A stretch of DNA of 64,000 nucleotides from Nitrospirota bacterium. Lineage in GTDB: Bacteria; Nitrospirota; Thermodesulfovibrionia; Thermodesulfovibrionales; Dissulfurispiraceae. A program made the position numbers and the translations under genes. The notes beneath the pieces are model-generated. The model was given only the letters and a program-made list of their open reading frames with translations, made no database searches and was not told where the DNA came from. Where the stretch lies: positions 19,237 through 83,236 of the forward strand of contig JBBIKS010000006.1 of assembly GCA_037445375.1 (NCBI GenBank). Direction: 5' to 3'. Shown here one piece after another: positions 1-10,844 of the stretch; position 1 is the first letter of the stretch; each line of letters begins with the position of its first letter.

Positions 1-938
1 TTGCTGCTATAGATGTCGGCTCTAATACACTAAGATTACTTATTGGTTGCATCATAAACAATAAGCTTATTAGAATTTCCTCATCAAGGTTTGTAACAAG
101 GCTTGGCAAAGACCTTCTAATGAATTATGAACTAAATAGTGAAAGTATAGATAAATCAATAAGTTCTCTTATAGAATTTAAAAATATTTATGATCATTTC
201 AAGGTAAAAAAAGTCTTTGCAATCGGAACAAGTGCCTTAAGGGAGGCAAAAAACAGTAAAGATTTTTTGGCTAAGGTTAGAAAAAATACCGGCATTAATA
301 TTGAGATAATATCCGGAGAAAGAGAAGCCGAACTCACCTTAAATGGTGTATTGTTCGGTTTAAATCACAATCAAGGAATATCTTCTTCTTTAAATGAATT
401 TTTAATAATTGATATTGGGGGTGGAAGTACTGAATGGATATTCTATAGCAAGAACATCAAGAAAGGAAGTTTGCCGCTTGGGGCGGTTAAGGCATACGAA
501 AGGTTTTTCACTGGAGATTCAACCGAATTATCACAAATTGTGAGATTGAAGGATTATATTTACGCAGAGTTGGTGAATTCAGGTTTGATGGATCTTTTGA
601 GTGACAAATATATCTCTCAGAATATTAAATTCGTAGCAACCGGCGGAACCCCCACAACACTTGCTGCAATAGACATGGGACTTTCAAAATATGACGGTGA
701 TAAAATCAATATTCATAAGATTACGCGCCCTACCCTTCAAGCAATTTCTGAAAGATTGCTTAAAATATCATTAACGGAGCGGCAAAGAATTGAAGGACTT
801 GAGCCTGATAGAGCTGATATAATAGTAACAGGCACATTAATACTCCTTAATTTCATGGAGACTCTTGGATTTCAGGAATTGATAGTGAGTGACTTTGGAT
901 TATTGGAGGGCTTACTTCTAACTCAAGTCCGGATTTAG
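1..938 (+). CDS. Ppx/GppA-family phosphatase, 5' end outside the window
   Basis: The frame is open from nt 3 (AAIDVGSNTLRLLIG...) and contains the DIGGGSTE actin-like ATPase motif typical of Ppx/GppA. Confidence 0.8.
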   Translation, partial: AAIDVGSNTLRLLIGCIINNKLIRISSSRFVTRLGKDLLMNYELNSESIDKSISSLIEFKNIYDHFKVKKVFAIGTSALREAKNSKDFLAKVRKNTGINIEIISGEREAELTLNGVLFGLNHNQGISSSLNEFLIIDIGGGSTEWIFYSKNIKKGSLPLGAVKAYERFFTGDSTELSQIVRLKDYIYAELVNSGLMDLLSDKYISQNIKFVATGGTPTTLAAIDMGLSKYDGDKINIHKITRPTLQAISERLLKISLTERQRIEGLEPDRADIIVTGTLILLNFMETLGFQELIVSDFGLLEGLLLTQVRI

Positions 939-1068
939 TTTTTTCGGTTAATCGTATAACGACAGATTTTTAACGTTGGTAATAAAGATTCCAGAACGTC
1001 GTACTTTATTCTTGCTTCCGTAGGAATAACATATAATAGGATAATCTGTCGTTCCCGTGAAACTTCGC

Positions 1069-1110
1069 CTCTGAGTTCTCAATCGTGGAAGTGGAATCCA
1101 GAGTTTTTTT
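1069..1110 (+). terminator. Intrinsic-terminator-like hairpin plus T7
   Basis: CTCTGaGTTC...GAATcCAGAG stem followed by TTTTTTT, about 130 nt downstream of the ppx stop. Confidence 0.45.
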
Positions 1111-1165
1111 AGGACGGTTAGACAAAAATCGTTAAATTTAGGGAATATAGAATAATTACAGAACA

Positions 1166-1630
1166 ATGACAAATAAAATAAAAATCAAAAGGGCTAAAAT
1201 ATCGCATGTCAAGCACATACATAAATTTATCAATGAATTTGCTAAAAAAGAGACTATGCTTGCACGGTCCCTTAATGAGCTTTATGAAGGAATCAGAGAT
1301 TTTGTTATCTATGAAGAAGAGGGGACAATAAAAGGCGTATGTGCTATAAGAATTTTATGGGAGGATCTTGCTGAGATAAGGTCTTTAGCTGTGAGGGAGG
1401 AATTCCAAAGGAGCGGTATAGGCAGGGCGCTAGTTGAGAAGTGCTTGAAGGATGCAAAAAGCCTTGGAATCAAGAAGGTTTTTGCCCTTACCTACCAGCC
1501 AGCTTTTTTTAGAAAACTTGCATTCAAGGACATAGATAAAAGCAAATTGCCGCAGAAGATATGGGGGGATTGCCTAAAATGCCCAAAATTTCCTGAATGT
1601 GACGAACATGCCGTAATTATTTATCTTTAA
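1166..1630 (+). CDS. GNAT-family N-acetyltransferase (short ArgA-like type)
   Basis: Acetyl-CoA motif A, EFQRSGIGRALVEK, and a C-terminal CLKCPKFPECDE tail. Confidence 0.8.
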   Translation: MTNKIKIKRAKISHVKHIHKFINEFAKKETMLARSLNELYEGIRDFVIYEEEGTIKGVCAIRILWEDLAEIRSLAVREEFQRSGIGRALVEKCLKDAKSLGIKKVFALTYQPAFFRKLAFKDIDKSKLPQKIWGDCLKCPKFPECDEHAVIIYL

Positions 1631-2126
1631 TAAGAACCTTTATCTCTGCCTTCTGTCTTAATTCCTGAATGTGTTTCTTTAATATATCATTGAACTCTTT
1701 TTCGAGCAGATACTCCTCTATCTGGTCTTTTACGAGATAATAGTCCTGCCCCTTGAATTGCTCAATATTTTTTTTATAGAAATTAACTACCTCATCTTCT
1801 TTTACGAATAAACGCGACCTGATTTTTATATCTAGATAATGATTTATAAGCTCATCCTCAGAGTGAGAATCGAATCTTATTTTTCTTGCTTCTTTGACAA
1901 GTAATAAACGATTTATCATTGAGTCTATGACTTCTTTTTGTGTTATATCTGTGCCGGAATTGTTAAATTTTCGAAACTCCTCCTCAAATTCTGAGAAGGT
2001 TATAGCAGAATCATCAACATATGCAGCAAGCCTGTCAATAATAATCCCGTGAGAAAAATTTACGAAAGACATCATAAATAAGTGCACAGCAAAAAAAAAT
2101 TTAAGAATTTTAAAATATATTCTCAT
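1617..2126 (-). CDS. SurA N-terminal-domain-like periplasmic chaperone
   Basis: 169 aa with a signal/anchor segment and a helical SurA_N-like sequence. It lies downstream of bamA on the same strand. Confidence 0.5.
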   Translation of the reverse strand: MRIYFKILKFFFAVHLFMMSFVNFSHGIIIDRLAAYVDDSAITFSEFEEEFRKFNNSGTDITQKEVIDSMINRLLLVKEARKIRFDSHSEDELINHYLDIKIRSRLFVKEDEVVNFYKKNIEQFKGQDYYLVKDQIEEYLLEKEFNDILKKHIQELRQKAEIKVLIKDK

Positions 2127-2197
2127 TTTTATAGCCTATATGGTTGAATTTTAAGATATTATCAAAACTTACTAAGTAATACATAAATAAAGCCTTC

Positions 2198-2276
2198 TCA
2201 CCCTCGCCTTCTCCCGTAAGGGGAGATGGTTATATTATGCTCCCTTCCCTTGACGGGAGCGGATGAAGGGGAGGGT
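2198..2276. repeat. GC-rich nested-hairpin (REP-like) element
   Basis: Outer inverted repeat CACCCTCGCCTTC / GAAGGGGAGGGTG encloses the hairpins TCTCCC-GTAA-GGGAGA and GCTCCC...GGGAGC. Confidence 0.6.
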
Positions 2277-2390
2277 GTTTTTATGAGTCTTTGTTAAGTT
2301 AGGTCTTAGTAACCACAGTTTTCACAGTAACATTTACTAATATTTTCAAGAAATTATCTGTGCGATCTGTGATGCCATGCTTCCTCATTT

Positions 2391-5123
2391 TTAAAAAGCG
2401 TGCCCGATGCTGAAATGCAATTCCCCTTTGCTCTCACCAGGATCTTTATTTAATTTATGCCCATAATCAATTCTCAAAGGTCCTGCAGGCGTTTTATATC
2501 TGATACCGATTCCTGTTGTAAACTTGAAACCTGTTGCATCTGCCTGATTTAGTTTTCGCCAGACATTACCGCTGTCTATAAAACCTACAATCCCTAACCC
2601 TTTGCTTGAATATGCTCTCAACTCAAGATTGCCCATTGCAAAGACATTCCCCCCGGTTGGGTTGCTGTCTACTCCTTTTGGTCCTAATGTGTCTTGTGCA
2701 TAACCCCTCACGGTTGTCCTGCCGCCAAGAAAAAACCTCTCAACAATAGGCAATTCAGTCGTGTTCCCAAAACCTTGTGCTACGCCGCCCCTAAAGGACA
2801 ATGCGAGAACTATTTTTTCAGATAATTTTATATATTTATTGCCATAAAAGGTTATTTTTGCAAAGTCTGTCTCTGAAAAGAACAACCCAGAAGCAATCTT
2901 AATAGATAGACCAGCGAGCATCCCTTCAGTTGGTTCAAAGGGACTATCTCTTGTATCATATATTAAGCCGGGCCTGAATCCACTTATTATCAATGTTCCG
3001 ACATCCTCCCTACTGAGAATTATATCTGGCTTTACATCCGATGTCTTAACGACTGAAAAATCATAGTATATATCAGCCTTAAAGTTTTTATTTAAGTTCT
3101 TTTCTAATCCTACTGAGACTGTATTGCGCCTCAGTTTATAAAGTATTTCTTTTGTATCAAGGCTTTTTTCCCTTCTATTTTCAAATAATATTAATGATTT
3201 CAACGCAATCTTACGATCTAAAAACCATGGTTCTGTGTATATAAAAATAAGGCGCTTTTCAAGGCTGCTGAGTTCGGCTCTGAATGAACCGAACCTATTC
3301 ATACCCCAAAGATTTTTATAATTTAAATCCATGAATAGCCTATATTTTTCATATTCTCCATATCCAACACCTAATTCTAATGCGCCATGATTTGCCTCAT
3401 CAAAATAATAGATTATATCCCTTTTGTTATCAATTATATAATCAGAGAGCTTTATCTCGACATCGGTGAATAAGCCTAGCCTTTGCAATTGCTGTTTTTC
3501 TCTTAGAGCCATAGCGTAATTGAGTGGCTCATCTTTTTTTGGTTGCAATTCCCTTTCTATGACCCTTGATTTTGTCCTCTCATTGCCAACTAATATATTT
3601 TTGCCTAAAAATGTGATATCACCTTCCTCGATTGAAAATACTATTTCGGCAGAATTATTGACAAAATTGCTATCCGATGTTACCCTCGCTTTGATAAAAC
3701 CCGCCATGTTATAAATACCAAGTATTTTCCTTCTCGAATCTGATATATCTATTTCATTATATGGTTTGTCTAATTTTATACTGATTTCGCTTAAGAGGTA
3801 GTCTTCTGAGAATGATTTATTGTTTATAAAAGAAATTTTTGTGATAATTACCTGATCGCCCTCGTATATAAAGAATTCTATGTCTGCAGTTTCATCCGAT
3901 AATTTGATGTCTGGTTCAAAGACCTCCACTTCAGTATATCCTAATGAGTGGTAAAATTCTGTAAGCGTTTCCCTATCTAACTCTACGGAATTAACATCAT
4001 AAACACCACCTATTCTTAGTGTGAGAATCTCCTTTAACCTTTCTTCTTGAATTGAAGCCCCGGTAAAACGTAAATCCTTTATTTTATATTTATTGCCTTC
4101 GAAAATGAATATATTTAAATCAATAGAATCATGCGATGAAGAAATTATCGGGATAATCTCTGCAAAAGGGAAGCCCTCTTTGTAATAAATAGAAAGCATC
4201 CTTGACCTCATCTCTTCCACAAGATCATTATTGAATTCGTTTATCTCATAAAAAATAGCTTCCTTCATCAATGTTGTAATATTAACTGAATCATTCCCTA
4301 TGACATTAACTTCAAGTTTATTTCCTATACTATGTTGAATGGAGAGCAAGCCATCCTCAAAAATATACTTTAGATACATTCCTACATGTTTTTGTTTTTT
4401 ATAATAGTGCAAGAAATTTTTTTCAAGACTCTCAAGTTTTATTTCATCAAAAATATCGCCTTCTGAAAAGTTCATAAGTGATTTAAGGGTATGGGGCGGT
4501 TTCGGGGTAATGGCAATTTTTTGAATTATTTCTGGTTTGCCTTCATCAACTTGAAACTTTAAGATGCATCTGTTTTTTTTTAATGGAACAATTGAATAAG
4601 TAATATGTGAAGACGCAAAACCCCTTTTTTTCATTTGCTCGGTTAAAGAAGCTATTCCTTCACTAATTTTGATGAGGTTCAGTCTATCGCCTTGTTCAAT
4701 TTTTAGATTTTTTTGTATAAATCTCTTTGAAAAAAATTCATTTTTAGATATCTCGATCTGCTCAATTATCTTTTTTTCTTCAACCTTGACAATAACCTTT
4801 GTAAATTCATCATTTCCTTCTATTATTATGTCCTCAAATATGCCTTTTATAAAAGCCCTTTTAATGCCCATTCTTAAAGCCTCATTCTTGAGAACATCGC
4901 CGATTCGTAAATCCAGAAGGTCAAGGAGTTCCTCTTTTTTGATTGAATAAAGACCCTGCACATCGAGTTCTACAATTGGTGATTTATTGGAATTTAAATC
5001 TGCACAAGAATTTAACGGGAAAGCAAGTGGAAGGCAAAAAAGAATAAATAACAAAAAGAAAATCCTTTTATCATAAAAACCTTTGTTGAATTCGTTATTT
5101 GAATTCAAAACGGAACTTAACAT
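2391..5123 (-). CDS. bamA: Outer membrane protein assembly factor BamA (long, 910 aa)
   Basis: Signal peptide, repeated POTRA-like modules, and a C-terminal Omp85 barrel ending ...HFSIGHAF. Confidence 0.85.
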   Translation of the reverse strand: MLSSVLNSNNEFNKGFYDKRIFFLLFILFCLPLAFPLNSCADLNSNKSPIVELDVQGLYSIKKEELLDLLDLRIGDVLKNEALRMGIKRAFIKGIFEDIIIEGNDEFTKVIVKVEEKKIIEQIEISKNEFFSKRFIQKNLKIEQGDRLNLIKISEGIASLTEQMKKRGFASSHITYSIVPLKKNRCILKFQVDEGKPEIIQKIAITPKPPHTLKSLMNFSEGDIFDEIKLESLEKNFLHYYKKQKHVGMYLKYIFEDGLLSIQHSIGNKLEVNVIGNDSVNITTLMKEAIFYEINEFNNDLVEEMRSRMLSIYYKEGFPFAEIIPIISSSHDSIDLNIFIFEGNKYKIKDLRFTGASIQEERLKEILTLRIGGVYDVNSVELDRETLTEFYHSLGYTEVEVFEPDIKLSDETADIEFFIYEGDQVIITKISFINNKSFSEDYLLSEISIKLDKPYNEIDISDSRRKILGIYNMAGFIKARVTSDSNFVNNSAEIVFSIEEGDITFLGKNILVGNERTKSRVIERELQPKKDEPLNYAMALREKQQLQRLGLFTDVEIKLSDYIIDNKRDIIYYFDEANHGALELGVGYGEYEKYRLFMDLNYKNLWGMNRFGSFRAELSSLEKRLIFIYTEPWFLDRKIALKSLILFENRREKSLDTKEILYKLRRNTVSVGLEKNLNKNFKADIYYDFSVVKTSDVKPDIILSREDVGTLIISGFRPGLIYDTRDSPFEPTEGMLAGLSIKIASGLFFSETDFAKITFYGNKYIKLSEKIVLALSFRGGVAQGFGNTTELPIVERFFLGGRTTVRGYAQDTLGPKGVDSNPTGGNVFAMGNLELRAYSSKGLGIVGFIDSGNVWRKLNQADATGFKFTTGIGIRYKTPAGPLRIDYGHKLNKDPGESKGELHFSIGHAF

Positions 5124-8100
5124 CCCCGCCTAAACCCCCTCTTTCATCTCTGATTCCAATAAAGGATATATTCTTATCCAGAAAATATTCAAGTTTCCAT
5201 ACTTGCTCTTCATCTGTCCCAGTAGATGCACTATAGGTAATATGCAGCCTATCCCCAAGAAGCTTTTTAGAAGCCGTAATTCTTGGATTTATAGTGCCAG
5301 TAGATTTCGAGACTTGCGGATCTATCTGTATTCTGTCTATTCCAGTGATAGTCTTGAACCTTTCTTCAAGCACATCCTGAAGTTTTCCAGCAAGAAATGA
5401 GGTTGCCTCACTTGTGCCCACGCTGCCTTCGAGTCCCTTCATCTGTTTGCCAAGATGACCAACTGTTAGAAGGCTTAGGATATCACTTTCATTCAAGACA
5501 GGGTCGGAACTTAATGAAAGATTAAAGTGTTCAAAATTGCCGTCAAGACTTAACCTTATATGATAATTTTTGATTTTTGTTTCAGCGACTATATCAAAAT
5601 ATGGGATCGTCTTTTCGGGGTCTATGAAATCAATACGCGCTTTTAAAACCCTGAATTCATTATTTCTGAAATAAACTAAACCTTTGTCTGTATTTAGTTT
5701 GCCCAGCAAAACTGGCCTACTAATTGTACCTCGAATTAACATGTCCATCTTTGCTGAAGTCTCAGCAATATTATTATTTATAACGAGATCATCCCCTTTA
5801 ACTCTTACATTTAGTGCTGTCTGCCCAAGTCTTGATGAATTGAGCTTAGGGATTTCTTTCTTGCGAACATCCAACAGCCAGCTTTTCCATTCAACTCGTT
5901 GAGTGTATTTAGATTTTTTTATATTTATGTCGCCTGTTAATTCCTGAGATTTTAAGGAACCGCGGTAATATAAGTTTGCATCAAAGTTTGTCCAAAGGTC
6001 TTTTGATGGCGACATAGTCAAATCCTTAAGTTTTGCTTCTATTAAAAATTTTTTAATGTTTATTCCCGAAAGATAGGCGGTCCCAGCGGCGGATATGTCA
6101 CCGCCAGCGAATTTTCCATTTATATTTTTAATTATTACTTTATCATCATCTACGTAAAGATAGGCAGAAACAGAGGTCATTCTGTAAGGGGTTTGCTTTA
6201 GAGCCAAAGTCCCATCAGTCAAATCTATACCTCCATCAATATTAGGCTTGTCCCAGCTTCCGGATAGAGATATAACAAAATATGCCTTACCTTTTAAAGA
6301 CTCAATCTCTTTAAAAAACACCTTAATTGGAGCGATGGAAGAAGCGCCCTCAAGAAGTAAATCATAATTTTTTCCGAGTGATACGTTGCCGCTTAAGGCG
6401 AGCTCCGTGTCATCGCCCTGCATTGAGAAACTCTTTATTGCGATGTTCTTATTCTTTATATTTATCAGGATATCTGAATTATTCGCAAGTCCAATGCTAA
6501 ATAATGAGAGATATGCTCTTTTCAGGGCGATGTCTGCATTTATACTATCGACATCTCCGTTAGCTGTTATATTGCCGGTAAGATTCAGCATCATATCATC
6601 TGGTGCGTCTTTCAAAAAACCGGAAATCATATTTGCATAATTCGCCGGCTTTATCTCTACAGTCGCAGACCACGGAAATTTATCGCTAAGCCCTACCCTG
6701 CCGTTGGCTTTGAGCCTCCCATCCATTAGTAATAAGGTTATATCAGCCTGCCTCTGAGTTATATTCGCATAAAGATTACCCTTGCTGAGCTGAACAGCCT
6801 TATTGCTTCTCGCATAAAGGCTGCTCTTAATCTCGATATTCGGATTTTCAAATACCCCCTCACCTTTTATAATTAAATTATCTAAATAGAGTTCTGCTAA
6901 GAGATTAGATTTATATTTTTCTGCTAAAGGCTCAGAAATGATATCGGTTAATTTCATTTTTTTAGCTTCTGCATGAAGTGCAAACTTTTTATCTAAAGAT
7001 ACCCTTCCGTTGAGATTCAATGCTGAACCCCCTCTTTTAAGGGACGCAGGGCTTATTAAAAACTCCCTTTTTGCATAAGAAAACTTTCCTTCAAAAGTAT
7101 CTGCAAGATAATTATCAATATATGAAAACTTTTTTGCATTAAACCCGCCAGAAAACTTAAGGGAATTAGGCTGCCCTTTCATATCGAAGGTTGTGTTTAA
7201 TGCCCCCCTGAGATCAGGAAGCCCCTTGATTGTTTGGGTAATTATTCCAATATCGGCATTGTTAGCGACTATATGAAGGTCATAATCAGGCTCTCTTATC
7301 TCAAATAATTTAGCAGCCTTTTTAAAATAAATATTGCCTTTTGCTGATAACTCCTCACTATTATTTTGAGCATGAAATTCTTTTAAAATCAAATGGTTTT
7401 TCTCATAAGTTAATGTTGTTTTTATAAAATTATAATTAAAAACCTTGTTATTAAAGATATCTGGCACATTTAGAGCCGCCGCCTGAAAAGACATGCCTCC
7501 CGATGCAAAATTCAAATCAATTATCGGATTATCAAATTTTCCTGAGAGCAAAATGTTGAACTTACCCGCCCCTGAAACCGCTGTAAAATATGGGCTTGTA
7601 ATGTCCTTTAGATCTGATGTTTGTCCGCTTCCTGAGAAATTTAATTTTTCATTCTTCAGGTCAACAGTCCCAGCTGTGATAAGATTGGATTTAGGAGTTG
7701 AGAATGCTAAATCTGAGAAACTTATAAAATTATCCTCCATAGTGAGAAAACCTTTTATCTCCCCTACCCTCTCCATAATGTCCTTGCCATAATCTATATT
7801 TGTGTATAGGAACTTTATATGCGGACTAAATACACTGCCTGAAGACGCTATTTCACCATTGATCTTGCCCGCAGGTAATCCGGGGTCCCATTTTATTAAT
7901 TCAAAAATCTTTTTGCTCGATATATCTTTTGCTAAAACATTAAGGGTGAAATGATTAACTACAGGTAGATTTATGACTGCTTCTGCAGTAGCACTGCCTC
8001 CATAAAGTGAAGCAGCACCATTAGTGAATTTCATCTTCCTGTCTGCGTAATCTACTTGGCAGTTTAGCTTGTCAATTTCAACACCGAAGAGATCGCCCTT

Positions 8101-9099
8101 TTGGAGTTCAGCCGTTGCGCTGCCCACAATATCATTCAGTTTTCCTTTCACAGAACCCTTAAAGCTCAACTTGCCATGAAGTCTTTCCTTCACCTTAAGC
8201 AATTCCATAAGGGTTTCGAGGTAAATATCCCCCTTTATTCTTAGATTTAAGAAAATATTATTTAAATCCGATTTCAGGTCAGTTGCTTTAATTGTTCCTC
8301 TGACTGACAAAAAACCTTCTCCCTTATTGAGAAGACCAAACATATTTTTTAATGAATCAACTATCAGATTAATTTCTGTATCTAACTCACCGGAAAATTT
8401 TTTAACATTAAAATATCCTGTTGATTTTATGCCGGAATTATTTAAAGTCATTTTTAATGATTTTATATCTAACATATTATTTTCCAAAATAAAATGCCAG
8501 CTGATTTTGCCATCAATATTCAACATATCCTTTTTTGAAAAAAATACCTTTTCGGTAGAAAGCTTAATCTCAGGTTTGCCCACTGTTAATATGTAAGAAC
8601 TCAAACCACTAAGAAATAAGGAATGATTATCATCCATAAGGGAAATGCTCCCCCTATCTATATGTATAGATTTGAATGCAACATCAATAGGTTTTTCCCT
8701 CTCGGCAGACTTGGGTTTCTCGAAGGAGGCAATAATCTCATCAAGTTTTTTCTTCTCTAATGCAATAATAGGCTCTTTTAAAGCTAATCTTTTAATCAAA
8801 ATTTTCTTGTTGAATAGCTCAAAGAAGCCTATATATCCCCTGATTTTCTTCGCATGAAGAATTTGCTGACCGTCCTCATTATGCACTTTTAATTCATCTA
8901 TGCCTATAAACAAGGGGAAAGGATTGATATAAATTTTATCTGTTGATGCCTTGCTGCCCACAATGCTCTCGATTTCGGGAAGGATTATTTCTTTTAATGT
9001 ATCAGATACATGTTGGGTGCGCAAGAATATGAAGACCGATATAAAGATTATAATTAAGATGAATGCTATAATTTTTTTATACATAAATTTTTTGAACAC
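5095..9099 (-). CDS. tamB: TamB-like translocation and assembly module protein (1334 aa)
   Basis: N-terminal membrane anchor, a long beta-rich body, and a DUF490-like C-terminus ending ...GGDVKFRFEFK. It overlaps the bamA start by 29 nt. Confidence 0.8.
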   Translation of the reverse strand: MFKKFMYKKIIAFILIIIFISVFIFLRTQHVSDTLKEIILPEIESIVGSKASTDKIYINPFPLFIGIDELKVHNEDGQQILHAKKIRGYIGFFELFNKKILIKRLALKEPIIALEKKKLDEIIASFEKPKSAEREKPIDVAFKSIHIDRGSISLMDDNHSLFLSGLSSYILTVGKPEIKLSTEKVFFSKKDMLNIDGKISWHFILENNMLDIKSLKMTLNNSGIKSTGYFNVKKFSGELDTEINLIVDSLKNMFGLLNKGEGFLSVRGTIKATDLKSDLNNIFLNLRIKGDIYLETLMELLKVKERLHGKLSFKGSVKGKLNDIVGSATAELQKGDLFGVEIDKLNCQVDYADRKMKFTNGAASLYGGSATAEAVINLPVVNHFTLNVLAKDISSKKIFELIKWDPGLPAGKINGEIASSGSVFSPHIKFLYTNIDYGKDIMERVGEIKGFLTMEDNFISFSDLAFSTPKSNLITAGTVDLKNEKLNFSGSGQTSDLKDITSPYFTAVSGAGKFNILLSGKFDNPIIDLNFASGGMSFQAAALNVPDIFNNKVFNYNFIKTTLTYEKNHLILKEFHAQNNSEELSAKGNIYFKKAAKLFEIREPDYDLHIVANNADIGIITQTIKGLPDLRGALNTTFDMKGQPNSLKFSGGFNAKKFSYIDNYLADTFEGKFSYAKREFLISPASLKRGGSALNLNGRVSLDKKFALHAEAKKMKLTDIISEPLAEKYKSNLLAELYLDNLIIKGEGVFENPNIEIKSSLYARSNKAVQLSKGNLYANITQRQADITLLLMDGRLKANGRVGLSDKFPWSATVEIKPANYANMISGFLKDAPDDMMLNLTGNITANGDVDSINADIALKRAYLSLFSIGLANNSDILINIKNKNIAIKSFSMQGDDTELALSGNVSLGKNYDLLLEGASSIAPIKVFFKEIESLKGKAYFVISLSGSWDKPNIDGGIDLTDGTLALKQTPYRMTSVSAYLYVDDDKVIIKNINGKFAGGDISAAGTAYLSGINIKKFLIEAKLKDLTMSPSKDLWTNFDANLYYRGSLKSQELTGDINIKKSKYTQRVEWKSWLLDVRKKEIPKLNSSRLGQTALNVRVKGDDLVINNNIAETSAKMDMLIRGTISRPVLLGKLNTDKGLVYFRNNEFRVLKARIDFIDPEKTIPYFDIVAETKIKNYHIRLSLDGNFEHFNLSLSSDPVLNESDILSLLTVGHLGKQMKGLEGSVGTSEATSFLAGKLQDVLEERFKTITGIDRIQIDPQVSKSTGTINPRITASKKLLGDRLHITYSASTGTDEEQVWKLEYFLDKNISFIGIRDERGGLGGDVKFRFEFK

Positions 9100-9110
9100 A
9101 TTGAAAAATT

Positions 9111-9231
9111 AGTGTTTGTTTATAAATTGCTTGTTTGTCACCCTGAGCTTCTCGAAGGGTGATGTAAATCCTTATTTTATGTCATGGTTCGAGATGCTCA
9201 CCATAACAATTCGGCGTTTATAAACGGACTC
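9111..9231. mobile_element. MITE-like element, degenerate copy of the GAGTCTGTTTATAAA terminal-inverted-repeat (TIR) family
   Basis: Left end AGTGTTTGTTTATAAA and right end TTTATAAACGGACTC. Internal hairpin TCACCCT...AGGGTGA. Confidence 0.5.
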
Positions 9232-9483
9232 TGATTAACAGTATGATTGTTTCATAGTATTATAACTCATACTAATGTTTTACAAGATAAACATATAAAG
9301 GGCGTCTTCATAATAAAGGAAGAGAACAGCATTGCCGGTGTGCTAAATATTGGAAAACCAAATAATGCTGTAGATCGTAAAATACATTTGACCCTGCATC
9401 GGCATTTAATATTGACCCAAAGAACAAAGAACACTTGAAATCTATGATAATATGGGATAATATGATAAAAAAGGAGTCGAATT

Positions 9484-10674
9484 GTGGGAACTGCAATAGG
9501 TGTTGGGATAAGTACTTTGGAGAACTCTTATGAGGCGGGGTGCGCTGCCATGATGGCTGCCATTAACAATATTGGCTCGATTTTTGAAAGAACTACGAAT
9601 GAACTGGTTATTGTGTTTCTGACGGAGGATTATGACCTTGAGATAGTATTAAGGGGTATAAATGAAAAATCAAAGACACAAAATATAATAGGCTTCACTA
9701 CCGCAGGTGTATTTACTGAGAAAAGTATAACTACAACAGGTATTTTGGTCGGTATAATCAAAAGCGATGAAATGGATTTTCATTTGGATATGGAAGAGGG
9801 GCTGAGCAAGGATCAACAAAAAGCGGGAATTAGTTTAGGACAAAGAATTAGCGGTATATTAACAGAAGAAGATGAAAATGCCCTCCTTTTGCTTTTCCCT
9901 GATGGAGTTACAAATACAGTGAGCGGATTGGTTGAATCACTTTTTTATAACCTTGGCTCTATAATACTTTATGCAGGAGGAGGGGCAGGTGATAATCTTA
10001 GATTTTTAAAGACCTATCAGTTTTTTTATGACAGGATAATAACTGATTCTGTTGTCAGTGTTCTCATTAAATCAAAAAAGCCTATTGGAGTTTCCCTTTC
10101 CCATGGATGGAAACCAATAAGCCCGCCTTTAGTTGTGACAAAATCAGAGGGGACTATTATAAAAGAATTAGACTGGCAAAACGCCCATGAAGTTTACTCA
10201 GGCTTAGTAGAAAAATATGAAAATAAGAAGCTTGATACTGAATTTGCAAAGGTTGCCATAAGTTATCCGTTTGGTATCCCGCAGACCACAGAAGGCTTGA
10301 ATTATGTAATAAGGGATCCTATTGATATAGATTCTAAGGGGTTTATTACTTGCGTTGGTGAGGTGCCTGAAAATGCTGTGGTTAGAATTATGTCTGGTGA
10401 TAAACAAAGTTTGTTAAATGCTGTAAGGTGGGCAGTTAATGATGCAATTAGTCAGTGCTATGGATTCAAACCGTCAGGTGTATTAGCTTTTTCATGTGTA
10501 TCCCGATGTCTAATTTTGGGAGATTTTTTTAAGGATGAAATTACTGTTATTAAAGAGGCAGTGGGTGATGGAGTGCCTGTCTTTGGCTGTATGACATTTG
10601 GAGAAATTGGATCTATAGCAGGGGGACCGCCGGAGTTTCATAATAAATCTATTGTTATATGTGTTTTCACTTGA
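9484..10674 (+). CDS. FIST-domain sensory protein
   Basis: FIST_N/FIST_C-like layout over 396 aa. GTG start preceded by an AAGGAG Shine-Dalgarno (SD) sequence. Confidence 0.7.
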   Translation: MGTAIGVGISTLENSYEAGCAAMMAAINNIGSIFERTTNELVIVFLTEDYDLEIVLRGINEKSKTQNIIGFTTAGVFTEKSITTTGILVGIIKSDEMDFHLDMEEGLSKDQQKAGISLGQRISGILTEEDENALLLLFPDGVTNTVSGLVESLFYNLGSIILYAGGGAGDNLRFLKTYQFFYDRIITDSVVSVLIKSKKPIGVSLSHGWKPISPPLVVTKSEGTIIKELDWQNAHEVYSGLVEKYENKKLDTEFAKVAISYPFGIPQTTEGLNYVIRDPIDIDSKGFITCVGEVPENAVVRIMSGDKQSLLNAVRWAVNDAISQCYGFKPSGVLAFSCVSRCLILGDFFKDEITVIKEAVGDGVPVFGCMTFGEIGSIAGGPPEFHNKSIVICVFT

Positions 10675-10844
10675 CCGGTATAATGTATATAGAAAATCAC
10701 AGATAAAATCATTAGCTCAACAAGTCTTATTTCTGTGATGACAGAATGATTTTCATGCACCTTTTGTAAGCTGAAAACTTATGAAGTGTTCGGGTTAATA
10801 CAGATAGTGCGAACTTTTACTGACGCTTAAGTTGTAGGGAAAAT

